From Naegleria gruberi (lineage: Eukaryota), in NCBI GenBank assembly GCA_000004985.1, contig GG738925.1: DNA of 64,000 bases; one strand, written 5' to 3'. Below the pieces are notes generated by a model. The model was not told where the DNA came from. It saw nothing but the letters and a program-made list of their open reading frames with translations, and searched no databases. Shown here piece by piece: positions 57,173-64,000 of the stretch. A program made the position numbers and the translations under genes. Positions within the stretch are counted from its first letter, which is position 1; the number at the start of each line of letters is the position of its first letter.

Positions 57173-57897
57173 CAATTATTCTTGTTGTTGTTTCTTGGCC
57201 AAAGCTACGATATTGTACAAATATTGTTCAGGATTCAAACTCATATAATTCTTGACAACCTTGATTGCATCCTTCAATAAATCACCAGAAGAAGCTCCTC
57301 TATTCATTGGGAACTTTCTTCTACCATCCAATTCAAATACATGGCCATTCTTTTCGACGAAACAAACAAAATGCAAATCTGTTACTTCCACAACTTCACT
57401 TTGATTTTGTTCGGAAAGGGCACTACTTTCGTGAGCTTCCTCAACTCTCTTATCACCTTCCAATGATTTGGCAATTTCTTCAGAACTCTTTCCTACATTT
57501 CCATTGATGAAATCTTGCAAAAAGCTTGAACTTGCAACTTGTAATGATTTGATATTGTTGGCCAAGGAGTGAATAATGGCAACAGTACCACATGCATTTC
57601 CTATTCATTGATTCTTAGATTAGACTTCTTCTTCAATAATTACTTACCAATAGTTTGCTTCATAAAGAATAATTCCTTTGGAATGGAGTCTTGATTCTTT
57701 TCCATTTCTTCATCTTCCTTTTGTTGGAGGTTTTGATTTTCCTTGGTCAAAGGAAACAACAACAAGACGGAAATCACAGGCTTTGGAACCATATCCAACA
57801 ATTCATCATCCAACCCGAAAACATCACAATATTCATAATCGCCTCCCAAGCCTAATTTATTAGCATAATTATTCATGAGCTCTGGATTTGACTCCAA
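57173..57897 (-). CDS. ubiquitin carboxyl-terminal hydrolase, UCH-L1/L3 type (peptidase C12); at least 2 exons, N-terminal exon unresolved
   Basis: Exon A (about 57648..57897) encodes ...AWFPLESNPELMNNYANKLGL...FFMKQTIG, matching the UCH N-terminus (compare WLPLEANPE...LKQLGL). A GTAAGT donor is followed by a 47-nt intron to aatAG (about 57601). Exon B (57173..57600) begins NACGTVAIIHSLANN (catalytic Cys) and contains the HFVCFV catalytic His. There is no in-frame ATG upstream of PLESNPE before a stop, so a short 5' exon is probably missing from this model. Confidence 0.75.
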
Positions 57898-58096
57898 TGG
57901 AAACCAAGCTTTTAGATTTTAAGCACAAGAAGTAATAATTTAAGATCAAAATAAATAAATTTCATCAAGCCTCTTTGATAACATACTCTTCATTTTTTTT
58001 TTAATGATTTATTTTTAGAATTATTTTCCAGATTTGAATTGAACCAAACAAATTTTTTGTAACAAGTTCATACTGTATTGTAATTAATAATTTATT

Positions 58097-59150
58097 TTAG
58101 TTCAATAATTCACTAAGGGAAAGTCGTGTTCTACCTTTCCTCATGTTTTCTATTTTTTTTGGTTTTTCAATTTTCAATTTCTTGTAAGAGTTTCGTCCAT
58201 AGGTTTGTTTAATATCCGAAATGAGATCTTTCATTAAGGGAACTTGAAAAAAACTGTATTCTAATGTATCAATATCCGTTTTCAATTCATTTTTCACTGA
58301 GGTTGGCAAATAGGTTAAAATCTGTTGAAAGAATTCAACAAGAATAATTTCCAAAATAGAATCGTGATTGAATGTTTCGTCTATTCCACAATATCCAACT
58401 GGTTCATATTTGTAATTGAAAATAGATTCAATTATGTTAAACCGAGAATGGTGGGTCAATGATAGAGAGTATTTTTCCATTTCAAAGAATTGTAAATCAT
58501 TAATATAAATTCCATATTTATCAACTTTCACTAATAATGGATATCCACAAAATGTAAATAAAACAAACTCCCATTCCTTTTGTTCAGATCCAACGTCCTT
58601 GGTATAAACTATTCCTCTACAATTCTTAATCCTAAATAATATATCGTCCATATCTAAGAATGAAATTTCCATCTCTGGAATAATTTGGTTATGGCTATCA
58701 TATATTAAATTAATATCTTTCAATGTATTTTTCACATATTGCTCATTAACAAGCATTCTTTTATCCAAAGAATTTATAATCTTTTGAAATTTGTCAATAT
58801 TCTCATCGAAACCATAATAAACTAAACTCAATATTTCCAACACATGTTTGTACTTATTCACAAGTTTAAATTTCTTCCCAAAAGAACCACTATAATTTTT
58901 TGTAAATATATTAACAATCTCCTCGAATGACACAGGATTAGCAAATAAATATTCCAAATAGCCTTGTCCATACAAATCCAATTTAAAAAACAAGCAAATA
59001 TATTCCTTGCAAAAACTCTCTCGATTCAACACTTGCCTCCATATTTTACAGACTTGAGAGGAGTGAACAAAGGTATCGGGTGTCGTATACAATAGAATAC
59101 TATGCACCAGATCGGCATAGAGGTTATTGCCACTTCTTTGTGCTGACATT
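58097..59150 (-). CDS. F-box-like domain protein
   Basis: ATG near 59150 (MSAQRSGNNLYADLVHSILLYTTPDTFVHSSQVCKIWRQVLNRESF). This is an F-box-like N-terminus, and the rest has no recognised domain. Confidence 0.45.
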
Positions 59151-59289
59151 TTTTTTTGTAACAAAGTCAATTAACAACAGGTTGATTCAAGACAACTAAA
59201 GTTATCCATTATGATTCAAATCTTGTTTAGAAACTTTGCCATCAATGTAGTCAACTCGTCAATCATAAATAGAATTTCATTGTAAAAAA

Positions 59290-60624
59290 ATGGCACAACA
59301 TGAAAATGTAATCCTTCTTCTCGATATCAGCATTTCATCATTTCTCTGGGTAGGAAAGTTTGTTATGCATCGGAAAATTCTAAAACTCATTCCAAACTAT
59401 CCGTGTCTAGCGTGTGTCTTTACTCCGAATGAAATTGCACTTCGGAAAGAAGCAATTAGAAGGATGATGGGAAAAGTTCCACCAATGCTCGTTCCCAAGT
59501 GTTTTTCTTTTGGAAAAAATGAAAAGGAAGAGGAAAATATATTAGAAATTATATTGGAAAGGGATATTTCAATATTTGATGGAACATTGATATTTTCATT
59601 AAGAAACAATGAAAGAATTTGTGAGGAAATTGTAAAGAAGGATGGATTGAAATTGGCCATGATGAGTTTGAATTTAAAAAGTAATGAAAATATTGTAAGA
59701 AATGCAGTTCAGCAAAATGGAATGGCTTTACAATTTGCTCATTACAAATTGAGGAGGAATAGAGAAATAGTTTGTTTAGCTCTAGATCAGAATGGAATGG
59801 CTTTACAATATGCTGCCAAAGAATTGAGACAGGAGTTGGAAATTGTATTGAGAGCTGTTTCACAAAATGGTAGTGCTTTTTCATACGCCATGTGTCACAG
59901 GACCAAAAAAACAAGAAGTAGACGAAAGGTTTCTCTTAAACTCGATCCTCAAGTGATTGAAACAGCTGTTAAAAGTGGAGCTGCACTATCAGGATACACC
60001 AAACAAGTCAGAGAGTTGAGAGAAAATCCAAATGTTGCCTTGCAATGCATAAGAAATGGTAATTCAATCTTTTCAGTTAGTGTCAGACTAAGGGAAGACC
60101 CAGAATTTAAAACACTTGCCGATCAAGCTCGTAATGAATTTGTTCAAAAGATTATACTTTCAAAAAGTTCTCAATTTTTGAATCATGTTTCTCCTCCACG
60201 AACTAAAACTCCATACGAATCCTTAAAGGAATTATATATCAATAGTGGATTCGATTACAGGAAAGATCCAGAAATGATTGCTTATGCTTCACGATTTTCA
60301 GGCTCAATAGACAGAGAACGAGTTCTAAAATCAATTAGGAAAATTCCACTGACATTAGTTTTCATGGATTATTATGCAGATGAAGACGAATTTCTTGAAA
60401 CAGCTTTGAAATATTTGGATGGTTCACATGTTTCATTGTTCGAAACGTTTTTTGCTAAAGTTTTTAATTCAAAGTCCAGAATGGATTTACTACTGAGATC
60501 AGTTGAGGAAAATATTGAGATTGTGAAATATCTCAGCACTACAAAGATTGTTGGACAATATGAATTTATGGAAAAGGTTATTCGAATCATACTGAAAAAG
60601 ATGACTAAGAAACCATACCATTGA
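59290..60624 (+). CDS. DUF4116-repeat protein
   Basis: Tandem roughly 30-aa repeats of the form N(A/R)VQQNGMALQFAHYKLRRNREIVCLALDQNGMALQYAAKELRQELEIVLRAVSQNGSAFSYA. This is the characteristic (E/R)-x-V-L-x-A-V-x-Q-N-G-x-A-L-x-Y-A repeat of the DUF4116 family. Confidence 0.6.
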   Translation: MAQHENVILLLDISISSFLWVGKFVMHRKILKLIPNYPCLACVFTPNEIALRKEAIRRMMGKVPPMLVPKCFSFGKNEKEEENILEIILERDISIFDGTLIFSLRNNERICEEIVKKDGLKLAMMSLNLKSNENIVRNAVQQNGMALQFAHYKLRRNREIVCLALDQNGMALQYAAKELRQELEIVLRAVSQNGSAFSYAMCHRTKKTRSRRKVSLKLDPQVIETAVKSGAALSGYTKQVRELRENPNVALQCIRNGNSIFSVSVRLREDPEFKTLADQARNEFVQKIILSKSSQFLNHVSPPRTKTPYESLKELYINSGFDYRKDPEMIAYASRFSGSIDRERVLKSIRKIPLTLVFMDYYADEDEFLETALKYLDGSHVSLFETFFAKVFNSKSRMDLLLRSVEENIEIVKYLSTTKIVGQYEFMEKVIRIILKKMTKKPYH

Positions 60625-60708
60625 ACAAAAGATATTAGAAAGGCAGTAGATAAAGAATATGAATATTAGTTCAAAGTTCCTGACATTCGAATAAAACACA
60701 TCAAAAAA

Positions 60709-63316
60709 ATGGGCAAAGTATTTGTATGGGGAGGCACCATTCTCACGAAACCAACTCTCGTTTCTTTTCTCTCACACATGAACGTGATTCAAGTGGGAAC
60801 AAATAATAGGGATCACTTTTATGTGTTAACAGATATCGGAGAAGTTTTAACATTTACAATTCATGATGTTTCTCGTGAGAGTAGTAAATTTACAAAGATT
60901 GATTTTGAATTGGGAGTAAAGGAAAAAATCATCATGATTGCACCATCTGATTATGGAGTTTTTGCCTTGACGAATTTTGGGAAAATTGTAACGTATTTGG
61001 CTAAGAATGGAAATTCATTCAATCGTTATGAAAAACAGATTTTCAATCCGATGGTTACATTGGATGCATCTAAAATTGTAAAGATTAGTTCAGGAGGACA
61101 TGATTCATTGATTTTGGAAAGAGGTTAGTTTAGTTTGAATAAGCTTTTAACGAAGAGATATCAGAAAGTGGAATGAAAACAGTTGTTTCAACTCGTAATA
61201 CTACATCCGATGAACCGTATTCCTCTGCACCTTTATTAGAAATGAAAGTTCCTTTTGTAACTTCATCGAATTATGCAACATATTACACAGATGGAAATGA
61301 TGATTCAGTGTTGCATCAGATGACTGATAATCAATATTCACTTTATTATTCGAGTAACAGAACTATAATAGATCATATTGGAATTAATAATTGGGTGGGA
61401 GGTTCTGCCAGACATCATCACTCCCTCTTTATTTCCTGTAAGTTTTAAATTTAGTGAAATTATGGAGTGATTGGAATTTCTGTATAATAGCTGATGGATT
61501 AGTTTATTCTTTGGGAAAAAATTACGAAACCTTACTGTGTGGAGAGACAATGATGGAAGATAAAAAGATTACCAAATTGAGTGTGCTAAGGAATGTGGAA
61601 AATGTCTATCAATGCAAAGACTATTTAGAAATTCATGGAAAGAATAAGCATTACTTTTCACTTGCTAGAACCAAGACAGGGCAATTGTTTTCATGGGGAG
61701 GAAATGCTGAAAAGCAATTAGGGATATCGTCAGATAGGAAATATGCGATATTCCCTTGTTTAATTACAGCTCTATATGGAATGAGTAAGTTTCATTTTTA
61801 TAGCAGACTTTTAATCTTTCGTATAGAAATTGCACAAGCAGACTGTGGATATAGTGTAGCTATTGCTCTGTCAGAGAATTACTCAACTGCCTTTTCAGAA
61901 CTGTTAAATAAGGAAACACTTAGTGATTTGAAAATTGAGCTCTATGCTAACAACACATCAGAAACAAAAGTAATTTATTTACACAAATGTATATTATTGG
62001 CTAGATGCCCTACCTTACTAAGTTTAATTTTGAGCGGTAAACTAAACTATTTCTTGAGGAAACTATTGATAGATTCACAAGCAAATTATGAAAATTACCA
62101 AAACAGAGAGAACCTTAAAAATTCAGAACAAGTCACTTCGAGAATAGATTGTACAGATCCTGAGGACAATGAGGATCATATTGCGAATGTTTACAATTCT
62201 TTTTTAGTTGTGCTACACTACCTATATGTTGATGATTTGGATTTTTTATCAATGGATTTAGATAAGAATAGAGAAAATGTGGCAATGGTACAAGAGCTCA
62301 TTAATTTTTTCTACTTCCTCGAGCTGAATTATTTCAATGATGAAACTTTTGTGAGTTATAGTATGGCACTGAGTTGTAATATTGATCATTCTCTTTTGAA
62401 ATCATTTAAGGAATGGAACTTTTCATCGAGGAAATTGGAAAATATGTCTCAAAACAATAGAATGATGAGAGCATTTGCTTTGGATAGTTCCAATTCAAAT
62501 ATTGATACAAAGTTTGCTGAGCAGAGAATTGGAGCTCACATGCTTTCAATTATGGGAAAAGAGGATACTTGTGATGATTACAAATTATCGCTTCAGAGCA
62601 AAGATGGTTCACTCAATGTTTCCCTACCACTTCACAAGGTCATTCTAACAAATTCCATTGAATTTTTCAAGGGAGTATTCGAATCCAATATGGAAGAGGA
62701 AAAGAGAGGTGAAATGCATTTGACCATGGATTCAAGTGAAGATTTATATCTATTCCAATTAGAAAATGTCATTCCTCTCCTTTATCATGCTTATTGTGGA
62801 TCCAATTCTGAGAATGTGCAATACCTATTCATGGATCAATTCGATGCCAACCTCACATTATCAAATGCATGTGAATGCTTGGCAGTGGCCAATTATTTTG
62901 CATCACGAGAGTTTAAAGCTTCATGTGAAACTTTCATTTCCAAATTTATAGCAGTTGAGAATGCAATTCCTCTTCTCCTTGTCTGTGAAACACACGAAGC
63001 ATACAGTCTCAAAGAGCTTGTCATTGATTTTGCAGCTTCACATTTCGAATCGATTCAATTAATTCAAGAGTTTCATGATGAAATTTCTGAGGAAATTCGA
63101 GAACATGTCAAGAAATTGGCTAGAAAGAGATCCAAGAAGATTTTGGACAGAAATATTTTGGAAAAGTATTGGAGGAATGAAATTAAGGAACAGGAGCTTT
63201 TTTATGAACCGAAACCTGCCACATCAAGTAGCTCATCTACAACTTCTACCACTCAATCCTCGAATAGAACAAGAAAACCTTCGATATTTTCCCGACTTTT
63301 CAAAGCATTCCAATAA
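60709..63316 (+). CDS. RCC1-repeat + tandem BTB/POZ domain protein; multi-exon (at least 4 exons)
   Basis: Exon 1 is 60709 to about 61123 (MGKVFVWGG... RCC1-like blades), ending at a GTTAGT donor. A 41-nt intron runs to atcAG (about 61164). The track ORFs 61173..61448 and 61454..63316 are in different frames, and the junction near 61400-61455 is unresolved. The downstream region has an RCC1 signature (FSWGGNAEKQLG). A probable 42-nt intron lies at about 61785..61826 (GTAAGT...TATAG). Two BTB domains follow (LSDLKIELYANNTSETKVIYLHKCILLARCPTL and DDYKLSLQSKDGSLNVSLPLHKVILTNSIEFFKGVF). Confidence 0.65.
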
Positions 63317-63547
63317 TTTTGTCACTTTGGAATTAGAAATAATTCGAAAGGAATCGAATGAGACCTTAGTTGATAATATTAATACTAATCTTCAATTAAC
63401 AAGAAAATTCAAAACTTTTTGAATCAATAATAGGCAAAGTTCTTTCACTTTCTACAGTCTTGAAAAGACTTTTGATTTAATATTTCATTAAAGATTGAAA
63501 ATTATGAAATTTTACTTTTTCAAAATTTTGAAAAATCTAAAAAAAAA

Positions 63548-64000
63548 TGTCAGCATCACAAATAGAAGCAAAAGAGGATCAGAGAGCACAAATCGTGATT
63601 CCTATTAATAAAAACTTGAGTAAACACGTTTGGATTAGAGGCTTTACCAATTACAACATCAGTAGACAGACAACAAATGCAGGAATGATTTTTCTTCCCT
63701 CTCCGATTTCATCAAGAAGGAAAACCAAAGTAGCCTTCGGATCAACAGATTATTTTGAGAAATTAAATGTTGAACGGTTATATTCATTCATGGGATATGA
63801 TACTTGGTATTCTAATATAGTAGAGGTTCCGTTTATTGAATTTTCAAGATTGTCATTGTTTGATGATTCGGAATCTTCAGAAGAAATGAATGATCAAGCA
63901 GTAGAGAATGTAGATAATGTAAAGAATGTAGAGAATGTAATGGTTGATGATCTTGTTGAGGATGAATATTTGAATGATGATGATGAATGGATGGACGATG
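63548..64000 (+). CDS. partial hypothetical protein with acidic C-terminal region (ORF runs off window end)
   Basis: ATG at 63548. It is open for about 150 codons to the end of the window (MSASQIEAKEDQRAQIVIPINKNLSKHVWIRGF...DDLVEDEYLNDDDEWMDD). No domain assigned. Confidence 0.35.

Noticed and set aside
61438-61454. GTAAGT...TTTAG pair that would give a 17-nt intron joining the ORFs 61173..61448 and 61454..63316
   Set aside because: 17 nt is far below any functional spliceosomal intron length. The true junction must use another donor, such as a GTTCTG at about 61402, which is weak, or there is an indel. It is left unresolved rather than asserted.
1-64000. CRISPR arrays, prokaryotic operons/terminators, rRNA genes
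   Set aside because: None were seen. The window is a spliced eukaryotic locus, and no direct-repeat/spacer periodicity or rRNA-like conserved blocks were noticed.

Overview
Eukaryotic nuclear DNA, AT-rich and gene-dense, with many short GT-AG spliceosomal introns. There are no prokaryotic operons, CRISPR arrays or rRNA genes. A Zn(II)2Cys6 zinc-cluster transcription factor (a fungus-specific family) together with kinase, BTB, F-box, DUF4116, RCC1-BTB and MACPF genes points to an AT-rich early-diverging fungus. A Glomeromycotina-type (Rhizophagus-like) genome is my best guess, which I cannot confirm without a search.

Main content, left to right:
- A partial ORF on the minus strand that runs off the start of the window.
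- A full-length, apparently intact non-LTR (LINE) retrotransposon: ORF1 and ORF2 overlap by ATGA, and ORF2 carries APE endonuclease, reverse transcriptase, RNase H and CCHC domains.
- An acidic protein with a C-terminal CAAX-protease/Abi-like membrane domain.
- A Zn2Cys6 transcription factor.
- A large secreted protein.
- A Sec14/CRAL-TRIO lipid-transfer protein.
- A secreted hypothetical protein.
- A 1,166-aa single-exon cysteine-rich ORF that looks transposon-derived.
- A BTB/POZ protein with a polyproline tail.
- A MACPF-like protein.
- An MDR-family oxidoreductase.
- An ankyrin-repeat protein kinase whose catalytic Asp residues are substituted (predicted pseudokinase).
- An SDR reductase and a FolD/MTHFD gene that converge, with stop codons about 4 nt apart.
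- An F-box-like acidic protein.
- A CDP-alcohol phosphatidyltransferase.
- A tRNA-Gln(UUG).
- A His/Pro-rich low-complexity protein, truncated by an assembly gap of N's at 41655-41900.
- A tandem pseudokinase-kinase protein.
- A copine (C2-C2-vWA).
- A P-type cation ATPase with a frameshift just before the DKTGT motif.
- A small HExxH protein.
- Several hypothetical genes.
- A ubiquitin C-terminal hydrolase (UCH, peptidase C12).
- An F-box-like protein.
- A DUF4116-repeat protein.
- A multi-exon RCC1-repeat protein with two BTB domains.
- A partial acidic ORF that runs off the end of the window.

All splice-site and start coordinates were derived by hand from the printed sequence and may be off by 1-2 nt.
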